Assembly: GCA_040285825.1 (NCBI GenBank)
Contig: JAUPSS010000004.1
Coordinates: 3,390,550-3,454,549 of the forward strand
Direction of reading: 5' to 3'
Origin: Eukaryota sp. TZLM1-RC
Taxonomy: Eukaryota > Protista > Metamonada: BaSk clade
DNA: 64,000 nucleotides
The notes beneath the pieces were generated by a model. The model was not told the DNA's origin and made no database searches. It saw only the letters and a list, made by a program, of their open reading frames with translations. A program made the translations under genes and the position numbers. Positions within the stretch are counted from its first letter, which is position 1. Every line of letters begins with the position of its first letter. Below are positions 43,920 to 55,714 of this stretch, piece by piece.

Positions 43920-44369
43920 ATTGAGGAAAGGCAGGGAAAGTGGATAACATGATTATATTACCGATTTCACACATTTTACCATTCAGTGAATGAATTGAAG
44001 TGCTTACATTTGACACTAACATGAACTTAATTGTTATTATACAGTTTCTAAGTAGTGTCCATTAATTATAAAAAATAATGGTTATTAAATTTGGCCATTA
44101 TTCCAATTATTTCCAAAACAGTATTGAAAAACGGTTATTTTTGGAAGCATTGCAATTGATAGGAATCAGCACTAAAATAGTAACAAAGTTAACATGAATC
44201 TAATGTAATGCTGTTTCATGAGACCAAAATTTCAAATGTGACACTATACATTAAATTCAGTAGGGAAAAATACTGATCAAATGTACTGAAACTGCACAAA
44301 AGAAAAAAATGATAAATACTATTTTTATAAAATGCAATAAATTACAAAAAAATAAACAACTGAAAAAAA

Positions 44370-47300
44370 CTAAATTTGGTCCAAATAATCCCTAATTACT
44401 GAAACTTGGTCGATGGCTTGCTGAGGGATCATTGAAAGGAGAAGCATAACAGTCTGTTCTTCCTCATAAAGTCGGTTGATCATTTTTCTAAAAATAAATA
44501 AATACTCACCCAACAAAACCAACAAAATAGCAACAAAAACAATCAAAATGATTGAATCAAAACGATCTAGGAATGCCAAAGACTCGTCACGATAATAGGT
44601 AAGAGATTCATATAAATAGTAATGTAAAGACCTCCCTTGATCAATAAAATCCAATAAATCAGGATTATCAGCAGTAACTGCTTGACTTTGCGTGGACAGT
44701 CTATCAGCCAAATAAAGAAAGTTTTCAAACAAAACATGTAAGCCGCTAGCTTCAAGAAAAGAATCTGTACTAAACTCAGTGACAAATAGTAATTCATCCT
44801 GTTCAATTTGATTACCAACAGAGCCTCTAAAATTATCATTACCAAAGAGTACTTCAAAATGCTTAAGCCTCAAGATTTCAATTTCTTCTAGTAATTGTCT
44901 TGACTGCTGAGGTGATGTAGCTCCCAGTAATAATAAAGACGAAGCCTGAGTCATTTTGGTTAGAACGAACCTCTCTCCTGCTAGATGCATGGCAACGACA
45001 CGTGGATCCGACTCACGAGTGACGTAGACAGCGAGGAAAAAGAACAGAGCAACCAGAATTGATAATAAAGTTAAAGCAGAAATGTATTCTAGTTTCAAAA
45101 AACCTATTCCCTTGAACTTTAACTGTTGGACTATGTGAGCTTTTCTCTTTCGTTGAATGGACATTGCTAGGAAATAAACAATAGTGGTAAAAATTAACAA
45201 CAAAATACAAATAATTGAAATAATAATTAGCGAAACTATGCCAGCATTGAACGCAAAGACGGTTTCATTTGTAATACGACGAGAATCAATTCCAAAATTT
45301 GAAACAGCATCAATAATAATGTCATGATGTTCATCAGCAAATTCAAAGTAAATGTCAGAGTTCAGAATGGATCGTGATAACAGGATCTGTTCTTCCTTTG
45401 GTAAAGCTAAATCAGATTCGTAATCAGAATAGAAATTATCAAAATCATAGTAGTTATGTCTGCTTCTGATCAAATAATAATTATCTTGGTTCGTTAAATT
45501 CCAAGTTAAACTTTGCGGAATCAAAGCTTCTGGAATTTCAAAACCAGAAGCTGTCAATGTTATAGAAACATCTTCCAGGAATCGAGACTCAGTAAAAAAA
45601 TTGTTAGCCATAACTTCATAGAGTTCCTTAAAAACAGTCGAAATTGCATCATTAGAATCATTTGACAGTTCCGAAAACATTTCCAAGGCAGAATTAACGT
45701 CATTTCGATGTGACATTGCCAAGTTATGGATGGCCACGTCACCATATTGTGAATACATTGAGATGAAGTATTCAGAAAGGGTTTCATTGTCAATGATCTC
45801 GAATAAAGCAATTTCCCCCGCCGTGAAAGTTTCTATACCATCTGAAAGGTTAGAAAAGTTTGTAGAAGTCAAGTATAATGATCCGGCAGCGACTACAACC
45901 AAAACGATACTTGCAGTTAATAAAGCCACAGCAGCCTTCTTCAAGGAATACAATCGAAGATATTTAAAAGTAGCGAAAAGTAGGACGACTAAAACTAAAC
46001 CAACAATACCAAAGCTTGACAACATGCTTGTAACTTCAAAGTTGACAGTTTCCACTACTTCATCAACTTGATCATCAAAAACATTGAATACGCCAGCAGT
46101 GAATCTGATTAGTTGGGAAACTCTTTTTGAATCTAATTCCAAATGACGTCTATTTGAAACAATTGACCTTCCCAAGTTTTGAAGTTCTTCTGGCTCTAGT
46201 AGAGAGTCATTCTGCAGTGAACTGTACCAAAAATCAACATCATAATACTCTAATGCCTCAATCTGCCAGTCTTGCTCATTGGTAATGTCGTACGTGAAAT
46301 CAGAAACTTCCGGCATATCAAAGTCTGTGTAACCAAAAGCTAATTGAAGAATTTTGAGTGTCACTAATTCTTTGTACTCAATTAGAGACTGGTAATAAAG
46401 AAAATCCCCCAAAATAGCAGCATTTTCTTCGTTTAACGCGGTCCTTCGAAGGGTTGACATTGCATTTGCAGCAGTGGTTGAATACTTTAAGCTGAAATAA
46501 CGATGATAAAATCTCAAATCTCCAGTAGCAGCAAAGGAAAGAATGTTTTTGGACTGGCTTAATTGGGATTGTAACAAGTTTGAAGCAGTTTCAGCTATTT
46601 CAAACACAGTGAAGCTTCTTTCATACATCCAAGATGCATGATGGTTAAGTTCACTGGCAAAGTATAACAAACCTATTAGCGAGAAAATGATAAATAAGAG
46701 GGTGAATAACACTGAAAAAGTTTTACAACTAGAAGATTTGGTTTTGGACGACGTCAGCTTGTCTGTTTTGATTGACTGATCTCCAGTCGGGAAAATTTGG
46801 AGATTAATATCATTTCCCGAATATTCTTCTAATTGGTTGAGCAAAGGTTCTTGGTTTGGTCGAGGTGTGGTAATTGAATTTTGACAGACTTCTTCATCCT
46901 GAATTTCTTCAATGCCATTTTGTTCTTTTGTTTGGGCTATAGAGTCAGCAAATTTTTCATGCGATAAAATTTCCTTGCAGAATTGGGGAGGCACGTAAAG
47001 GAAAAGATTAAATATTTCAACCTTATTATCTTCGATTGCATGTAAAGTTCTGCCAAAAAGAAAAACCCCAATGATAACAATAACAGTTACTACACCTATA
47101 ATTAAAGCAACATTGACAACTAACAGAAATGATAACTCCGAAACAGAAAATTCCCTTACCGCACTCAAGAGCCTCAATACACCATCAGCAAGTTCGTTTC
47201 TATTGTCCAACAAGAAGGATACCAGCGAATCGTGAGCACGAATATCTATATCGACCCGTTCACTTTCGTTTCTCCCAAACATAAAGGCTCTTCGGGAATA

Positions 47301-49724
47301 ATCAAGGGAGAGCTCGTATAAAGAAACAATAGCAGTTACTGGAACATGAGGGAAGGTTGCTGACGACGTGACACGTGGCACTGATGGTGACGTGATGATA
47401 TCGACAATAGTAGGTTCTGCCAGGGCAGAAATCTCAGTAATTCCGCCTGGACAAGAAAATAAATCATTGACTTCTGGAGAAATCTCGTGCCCAATCAGCA
47501 ACCTCCGTAAATGGAATATAGCATGTTCAGCTTCTTCAATAATGCGTTGCCGAAGTTCATTCTCAGTGACATTGAAGTCGTTACCATTCAGTACAGATGA
47601 TAAAAGAAAAGATTGATAAGCGACATCTTGTTGTGAAGCACCGAAATGATCAGCTTCGAAAAGATAGTTGAACTGGGATTCAACCGTCTCAATACCAAAA
47701 CGGAGAAAGAAAAAGGCGAAAATGACGACAATAGTGAGGGTGATTAAAGCAATGTGGACTGAGAACTGTAATTTTTCGGTCGATGAGCTCGATTCGTCAT
47801 CTCTCGTGTCACTTACCGTCAACATTACACTCTGACCCTTTCTTCTTCTTCCCCTTCTTCTCTTCTTCCTTGACCTGCTAAACGTAGACCTTCCTGAAGT
47901 GGAAGGCATGTCAGACGACTGATCACCAATAGAAGATTGTCCATCAGACCCTACAAGCTCACATTGAGTTTGAAGGTTATCAGCAAGTTCGTCATCAAGA
48001 GTAATTTCTCGCACAAACTTGGAATAAGCCATTAGTATTTCCTTATTACCAGGATATTGTACCACCAGTTTGGAAAAACAACTCTCGGCTTCTTTTTTAC
48101 ACTTATAGATCTTTTCAGTAATTGGGGGTAATGCTGATAAATTAGTTTTACCACTATTTGTTAATAAATGATTCCAAAACACCGCCAGATAATCCAAGCA
48201 GTCCTTATGTAAATCAGAAGCTGACCTTAATTGGCGTTGTAGAACAAGAAAAGAACTTGAATCCAAAGACTGTCCTGTTGATTGCTCCCTTCTCAAGTTG
48301 TCCGCTATTTTCTTACAGTGTTGGAAATAAAATTGATAGTCTAGACGAACGTCTAAGTCCATATGACCTATATGCCCGACTTGAGCAATGGTGCTGATAT
48401 AGTCCTTGCCAGCGGATAATTCAAATACACACTTAACTAAATAAACATGGAGTGACTCTGGGAAACGATCCATTGCATGGTCAATAAGATTCCTGCAGAA
48501 AACCACGTCATGTTCCAGAACGGATCGTTTAGTGTGAATCCATCTAATAAGGACTTCAGCATCGTAAGGAGTCTTGACAAGTCTTGAGAAAATACTAGAC
48601 TCGCAGTTAAATTGAGCTACCTCTTCATTAATAACACCATAACTTTCATCTCCCTCTTCCACTACTTCATCCTCTCGGTTGGTTGATGCCAAGGAATCTC
48701 GGTAAGACAGTAACTGATGTGTTCTTGAGAGGGTAGTTCTGATGATGAAATATCGAAAACCAAACCCAGAGAGTAAACAAAAAGAATAATATATACCAGT
48801 GAATAACCATTGATTCCAGTTAATACCGACAAGCTCAGTAGCAACCCAAATGGATGAACTAAAAAACAAGGCTCCCACACAAAAGGCAACGTGTCCATTA
48901 GCATGGGTTTTGAAAAAAGGAATTGTTTTAAACAAAACAAAACCTAAAAGAATAGCTGAAATAGGATAGAAAAGATTAAAAATAATAGGCAGATGGTCAA
49001 AGTAGACCAGGGAAAAAGAGAGGAAAATCTTGATGAGCACCAATAAGGAAAGAAAACGCCTGTCTACGCAAGAAAAAACCTTCTTAGAGTTTGGGATAAA
49101 GTCTCCAATCATTGAGGATTTAAACAAGACTACACAAGTCAGAATTCCCCAAGAGAAAATGAACAAAAACTTTAAGAAAACAAAGCCTGTGGACCAGCAA
49201 GAATCGATGGGGATGGCATGAAAGACAGTGTTGTCGGAACAAAGAAGATGAGTGAAGGTGGTCATGGTGAGGGGGAGGTAAAAAAAGGAAAGAAGTTCAA
49301 GATAAACACGGACAGAGACCAGCAGGAAGGAGTGCTTGATGTTCTGGTTGCTAACCCAAAATCCAACCGCAAAAAGAACGAGGGAAATGAGAGCTAGTGT
49401 GGGGACGGCGTAAGATAGAGCGTTGTAAGAGAGGAGGGACCAGGAACGCGTATCATAGCTGCTGAAGGAGATAAAGTGGAAGAAAGGTCGTACATCGAGG
49501 TCCTTGTGGAGATGAGGGAAGTTTTGGTTTATCTGGATACCAAAAAGTTCTGAGATAAGGAGAAGAAGTCACATACGTAAAAACTCGAGAAAAAAGAAGA
49601 CAATAGCGAGGAAGTTGTGCTTGCGAAGACAAGTTGAAAGAAGAGACACGAACGAAAAGCCGCCCGTCTTGATGCGGGTTGCTACCGTCGCCGAGAAGGC
49701 AGCCGACCCAGCATGAGAACTCAT
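44370..49724 (-). CDS. Large polytopic membrane protein, TmcB/TmcC-like (intron 49550-49576)
   Basis: ATG at 49724 plus a 27-nt GT-AG intron extends the 1631-aa ORF in frame; many TM clusters; FWNHLL, YSKFVREI, IFNLFLYVP, LLLSMIP motifs typical of this protist family. Confidence 0.75.
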
Positions 49725-50127
49725 AATTGTGAGGGCCGGTTAGTGAAGGATTTACTTTTGCTCATTTCAACCGATTTATTACCCCTCTACATAATGTTTA
49801 TACGTGAAATCACATGGCATGTTGTTGTGGTTTAGGGCCTTGACAAGGTAATAGATCTTCTACCACAAGACTCACAGCTCTGAAGTACTTCTGTATTGTC
49901 ATTTTGATGTATTTTCATTTCTCAGTTTTTGCCCTTTGTGTCACGTATTTCTTTTGATCAGTGGTTTACGCTGTAGCTGACATCTTATGATGTCAATCTT
50001 CATCACATTCTTCCACCTTGATTAATTTACCCTTCTTCTGCTAAACATGATGATTATAAATGACTGAGGTTGTTTTAAAGAGTTGGCAATAAAAACACAG
50101 TTACTAAATTCAAAAAAATATTGGAAA

Positions 50128-50168
50128 TGAAACAAAAACAAAACAAAACAAAACAAAAAGAACAAAAA
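50128..50168 (+). repeat. (AAAAC)n-like microsatellite
   Basis: aaacaaaaacaaaacaaaacaaaacaaaaagaacaaaa. Confidence 0.6.
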
Positions 50169-50194
50169 TATTTATTATACAGCTTAACATTTAC

Positions 50195-52033
50195 CTAAAC
50201 ATTCCACATTGTTATATTAGAATCATCACCAACAGAAACCAACTTAGAACCACTTGGACTAAAAGAAACATCCCGAACACATCCAGAATGTCCTAAAGAA
50301 GACACAAGTTTATCAAAACTTCTTGTATCAAATAGACTCAGTTGCCAATCAGAGCTTCCGACTGCCAGGTAATTATTAGAAGGATTCAAGTCAACGCAGG
50401 TCAACTGAGGAACGTCATCAAAGGTCAAAACATGGACAGGGTCTTTCATAGTCAGATCGTAATGAGTAAGTGTACCATCTGATGACGTCACGAATAACGA
50501 TTTTTGATCCTTTGCCAACACAGCACTGGTTAACGGACCAGAAGCCTTCCATGACGACATCTTTGTAGATGTGGAGAGGTTCACCACATGGACATAAGAA
50601 TCTTTAGAAACTGTAACTGCATATTGATCCGAATTAAAAAGACAAACATCAGAGACAGATTGGCGATGTGTTTTTACTTCCTCTAACAATGACTGCTTCC
50701 GGACGTCAAATAAACGAAGACAGTCACTGGCAGTGGCAAAGTAGCGGTGGTTTTTGAATAATTTGATAGAGTTGACAGCATATCGCCCCGTGCTGACCAT
50801 CCATAAACAATCTCCACTCTCTTCAGCATCAAAACAACGAACTATACCATCCTCATGGCCAACAAAGCCAAGGACAGAACCTACGTCCATGGAAAGAGAG
50901 GCACCTGGAGAAGGACGAATAGTGGATGAGGATAGACAATCAAAATTCACGGATGACCATCTTCGGAAGGTATCATCATCAGACAACGTGTGGAAAAAAT
51001 CATCATTTTTATAAACAACACAACTAACAGGACCTCTGTGGTTCTGATATTCTTTATTCATAGCATGCTTAATAATACCATTTGGTTGGGGTTGGGAAAG
51101 AGAAATATCATAAATAGAACCTGAACCAGTACCTATCAACAACCGATTGTTATTACAGCTCATATCAACAATAGGGGAAGTCAACCTGCATTCCATGGTT
51201 TTAATCACGTTTGATCGTTGACTTTGATTGACTTCCATCCCGATTATTGACCCGCTGCTTCCCCCAGCGTAGAACCCTGCCGAATAAGGAAGAAGGGTGT
51301 GAATATGGCCATTAGAGACAGGCACGACTGTGAACAGAGAGAATGATTGGAAAGTAACAGAAAAGAGACACACGTCACCACTAGTGGTACCAGCAAATAA
51401 TAATGAGCGGTCAAAAGAAAACTCAAGTCCAGAGGTGAATTGTCGTTGATAAGTTCCTAATTGAGGTTTGATTGATTGGGTAACGTCACCTGACTGAGGG
51501 TCGAAAACAACGAGTAATAACCCGGACTCTGAACTTACCACAAACTGAAACAAATCAGTCTCCCGTCCTTTAATGTTCCGTTGTCTTCCTCCCCAAGCCA
51601 CAGCTTTCACTCCAGACACTTCTAAATGGGCGGAGGTGACATAATTACCAGTGAGTGTGTCCCAAATGAAGAAGTAGCCGTCGGGGATAGACATATGGCC
51701 ACCTAGTGAAACCAGGAAACGACCTTCAGACGAAAAAGTGAGGGCTGAGACAAGGGAATCGTGCTCTGATAGTCTGTATTTGAGACTCTTTTGTGCAAGA
51801 TCCCAAACACAGATATCAGCATTATAGCCATCACAAGCTGTAGCAGCAAGTTTTCCATCAGGAGAAGATGCAAAAGCGGTGATGTCACGATCGTGGCCTC
51901 TGAAGAAGTGCTGTTCCGTTGATGACAGATCAGTGTAGATTAAGGTTCCACCAGATATATGGCATGTTTGATTGTCAGTTAAAGATAAAGAGTGGGGTTT
52001 GGCACTGTAGCCGATGGTGTGGACAATACTCAT
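50195..52033 (-). CDS. WD40-repeat protein, CFAP52/WDR16-like
   Basis: HTIGYS start, QHFFRGHD, ADICVWD, AGTTSGD, GHSGCVRDVSFSPSGSKLVSVGDDSNITMW; ATG at 52033. Confidence 0.8.
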   Translation of the reverse strand: MSIVHTIGYSAKPHSLSLTDNQTCHISGGTLIYTDLSSTEQHFFRGHDRDITAFASSPDGKLAATACDGYNADICVWDLAQKSLKYRLSEHDSLVSALTFSSEGRFLVSLGGHMSIPDGYFFIWDTLTGNYVTSAHLEVSGVKAVAWGGRQRNIKGRETDLFQFVVSSESGLLLVVFDPQSGDVTQSIKPQLGTYQRQFTSGLEFSFDRSLLFAGTTSGDVCLFSVTFQSFSLFTVVPVSNGHIHTLLPYSAGFYAGGSSGSIIGMEVNQSQRSNVIKTMECRLTSPIVDMSCNNNRLLIGTGSGSIYDISLSQPQPNGIIKHAMNKEYQNHRGPVSCVVYKNDDFFHTLSDDDTFRRWSSVNFDCLSSSTIRPSPGASLSMDVGSVLGFVGHEDGIVRCFDAEESGDCLWMVSTGRYAVNSIKLFKNHRYFATASDCLRLFDVRKQSLLEEVKTHRQSVSDVCLFNSDQYAVTVSKDSYVHVVNLSTSTKMSSWKASGPLTSAVLAKDQKSLFVTSSDGTLTHYDLTMKDPVHVLTFDDVPQLTCVDLNPSNNYLAVGSSDWQLSLFDTRSFDKLVSSLGHSGCVRDVSFSPSGSKLVSVGDDSNITMWNV

Positions 52034-52077
52034 GATTTGAATAAACAAATCTAATTCTTCTAAAACATGCTAATTTA

Positions 52078-54471
52078 GTGGGAAATCCCCATAAGTACAC
52101 GATCAATTTTCGTGTGGAATAATTACAAAAACTATCTACTACACAGATACTGAGGCCTTTTATTACCACTCATCCTCGCTTCAGCAATTGCAAGCATATT
52201 CAGACAAGCCAGCTTATTTCTATTGAAAAGCTTTGTTGACCCTTTGTTGCTGAGTCTACAACCCTCACTATTGCAAGCTAATCAACCATAACATGTAGTA
52301 ACAGGAGTCTTTTCTCTTCTATAGAATCTGGGATTTGCTACTCTCAAAAACGTAGCAACCTTTTCAAAACCAACAGGACATTTTGCTGAAGTGAATGCTT
52401 CATTAATCATCAATACTTCAAATCCATTCCTTTTCAGAAATTGAATCCATCCAATGCCACTAGTAGGCCTCTGATGTTTTAAATTCTTGGAGCCTTTTTT
52501 ACCATAATCACCCATTAGTATTAAAGTGTTTCTTGGGTTGCCAAAATTCTGAACAAGGCTTTTTAACAACCAACTTTCAGTCTTTTGCTTGTGAATAAAA
52601 GCTTGCATTTTATGAATGCTCCACAAGTCAAGACTGTAAAAGTCAATTGTCAAAAAAACTTGCCGAAGTTTGCCAACCACAAAGTTGGAAAAATCTATAG
52701 AAGTTGCTGAATTGGCGGCAAATGCTGATAATTCGGTGTTTGCATCTTCGATTGTCATTTCGTAAGACTCTATCATCTGGTTTTTGTCGTAATCTACCTC
52801 AGTATACTTTGTCGCCCATCGTTTTTGCTTTTCATTCATCCTACTTTTCAAAGACCAGGACATCAGAGTCATTCTTCACCATTTGTACTTCTTGTCTTGA
52901 TTCATCACCCGACTATTTCTTTGCTGTTCGGTTTCATGTTCAGGCACCATGGCTTGTTCTTGATCAGTCTTTTTACTCCCAAAACAATAAATCATGTTTT
53001 CCAGGATCACAAACAACAGGGAGGACATTTATTGGAGTGAAGAAAAATTGAGAAGTTGAATAACTATTTTTTTTTGTTATAGGATAAATTTATTTTCAAC
53101 GCTAACAAAACATTAAACAAAAAACTAGAACTCAATATCCTCAATACACGCATCAACATCATCAAATCTTTTAAGCGCGCGATTTTCATACTCTATTCCT
53201 AATTGTAACAGTGCTTTGGTCAACATTTCTGGAATTGCTTTACAACAATTCGTTTGTCTTGAAAAGCATCAACATCAACATCATCAATATATAAATCAGA
53301 AATACTAGCCTTGTTGTCTGGCTTACATTTCTGACCTTGTAAATCCTGACGAACAAATTCTACTGCAATATTAAATCCATCTGTGTGCATAATGTTGTTG
53401 AATTTATAGCTCTTCTGTTTGAACATTGGTTGGTCTAAATCTAGAATATTGGACCAAAAGTCAAATTGCTGAGGTGGTTTGAATTTCGTAATTTGGGGTA
53501 ATGTATTGGACATTTTCAGCGTCTGTGTAGATGATAAATCATCAATTATTGTTTGTCTAATAATTGTCCATATTGTTCTTGTATCAATGGGAAATTATCC
53601 AGGACCTACAGTGGTTGGAACAGGAGAAATATGATAAGGTTTTTTCTCTCTATCAGAGATATATTGGGCAATTGTAATTGCTGCTTTTAGGAATATTTGA
53701 GGATCTTTTTCAACAGCGTCTGCAAGAAACTCTATATCCACTGGAAACATGATGTAAACTAAATTCTCGCCAGTAACCAAACTCTCAATTTGACAAATAA
53801 TTGGTTCAATAAGACCTTCAAATATGTCTCTAAGTTCATTATTTCTTATATCATATTGTTCACATAAATCGAAAAATTCATCATTCAGAAGGTCTGCAAT
53901 ATTTTCAGGACGATGAAACAAAGAACTCAAGCAATCTCTATCATCAACTAAAGACAAGTTTTTTGAATTGACGAAGCCTAAATCTATATAGTGAAATAAT
54001 TGTAGATAATGGCGTTGAGTATTCACCCAGCTTGTGCATTTCTGCTAACACATCTGGTTTGTCAAAATAAACATTGATAAATCGATCAATATGTTTTTAA
54101 CAATTCAATTTCAAATTATTCTCAAAATTGGCAAACTTTACTGGTGCCATATACTCAGGTGGTCTGCTGAAGCCATCAGTTGGAAATCGTGGAAACTGTT
54201 CAAGCTTGTGTTTTAAGTGATCAAGTCAACTCAATGTTTTGTTTAACTTTTGTTGCTCAAGGGTAGTTCTTAAAGTATGATCTCCCTCACCACAAACACA
54301 GTTTTCAAAATCCTGTGGAAATGCACTTCTTGGTTTCACCATTTTCCCCCCATCATACTCAGCTGAAATATAACGAATTTTGGCCATTAATGATTCATAT
54401 ATGTGGGCAGATATTTGTGTTGGTATACAATTACGTTGAAAACGAGACTGTAAATACAGCTTTAAGCAACA
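52078..54471 (-). mobile_element. Fanzor element copy C (3' half with the best-preserved 3' hairpins)
   Basis: ORF remnants 52282-52872, 53220-53513, 53595-54026, 54226-54516 are collinear with copy A; interrupted at 53019-53241. Confidence 0.85.
53019..53241 (-). mobile_element. Short CRE-like 3' end (family D-like) inserted in Fanzor copy C
   Basis: KAIPEMLTKALLQLGIEYENRALKRFDDVDACIEDIEF* then AATAAA and A-tract; ACAACA on both sides. Confidence 0.75.
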
Positions 54472-54990
54472 TGTACTACATCGACTCGAACTCGACTTGA
54501 ACAACTCCAACTCCACTCGTACTCGAGATCAAAAATTCTAACTCGACTCGAACTCGAAATCAAAAGTTTCATGTTGAAAACGGCAATTAGCAAAACGAAA
54601 TGGTATAAAAATCAGTATTTAGGCAAACATAACAACTTTTATTGATGCAATTAAAACATCACAGATCCTCCCAACACTAGAAGTCTATTCTTCGTTCTTC
54701 TTCCATGATTATAAACACACAACTGCCTCAATCATCTCATCAGACAACAAATTTTGTTTGTCAGTAATCATATTACCCGCAAGTGAAAAAAGACTTTCAG
54801 ATGCGACAGATGATGCTTGGATTAATAAATAGTCCCGAGCCATTCGAGCTTATCTTGGAAAGCGAACCTTGGTGACGTTCCACCATTGTAGAATGTTTGT
54901 TGAAATGGGTACAAGTTCTTCTCTTTCGTAAGCCATTATTTCAGTGACCATTGGTTGAGCAAGATTTTGTTCTTGTCCCCTTTGTGTTTT
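54472..54990 (-). mobile_element. hAT transposon remnant (C-terminal dimerisation domain plus ACTCGA subterminal repeats)
   Basis: Manual translation: ILQWWNVTKVRFPR*ARMARDYLLIQASSVASESLFSLAGNMITDKQNLLSDEMIEAVVCL*SW. Confidence 0.85.
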
Positions 54991-55712
54991 CTATGGCCTT
55001 GTTCTTTACCAAATGATTTAATTTGTCGCTGCAAGAGTGTGGTTACGTTTCTTCATATTTTTAACTGTAAGTATTTTATATCGCTCAATTGTTCATGACT
55101 CAGTTTGTGATCAATTATATGCCATGTGCAAAAGTTTCAATATAGAGGCATTTATTGAGCCATTGGTACGTGAGCTGTCTTCAGATCAAACTGATGATTT
55201 CTTTAATAAAAGAAGGGCAGATTTAGTAGCTCCAGGGATCGATGGTGTTCTCAATGTTGTAGATGTTCTCTCAGTTGATGTTTGCAAAAATTCTACTGCT
55301 CGTTTAGTGTATTCCGCTGATTCGCCGTTATCTAACGCCGAAAAAAAGAAGATAAAAAAATATGAAGAACCTTTGGCACAGTTAGGTAGAGTGGAACATG
55401 TGAAATATCAGTTTGTGCCGTTTGCAATTTCTCTTTTTGGCAATATTGGACCTTCAGGGTTGCACTTTTTTGAAGATTTTAAAAAAGTGTTACTGAATAG
55501 GTCTGGTAAAACAATGAATTCCACTTTCTGGTTAAATAGAATTGTTTTTTGCATATTCAAGACTATTCCAACAATGATTTCAAAGGCACTTCTAGCTATT
55601 GGTATAGAATATGAACGTAATGCTGTAAGTAGGTTTAGTAATAGTGACGCTTGTTTGGAGGATATTGAATTCTAGATAGATTTTTTTTCTCAATAAATAT
55701 TCCAGTTAAAAA
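54991..55712 (+). mobile_element. CRE-like retrotransposon 3' fragment (family D)
   Basis: RSIVHD, IEP, RRADL, VVDV, KIKKY, FVPFA, ending EDIEF then AATAAA. Confidence 0.85.
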
Positions 55713-55714
55713 CA

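Noticed and set aside
54481-54560. Short repeat clusters as a CRISPR-like or guide array
   Set aside because: Irregular 5-7 nt ACTCGA motifs without spacers; consistent with hAT subterminal repeats
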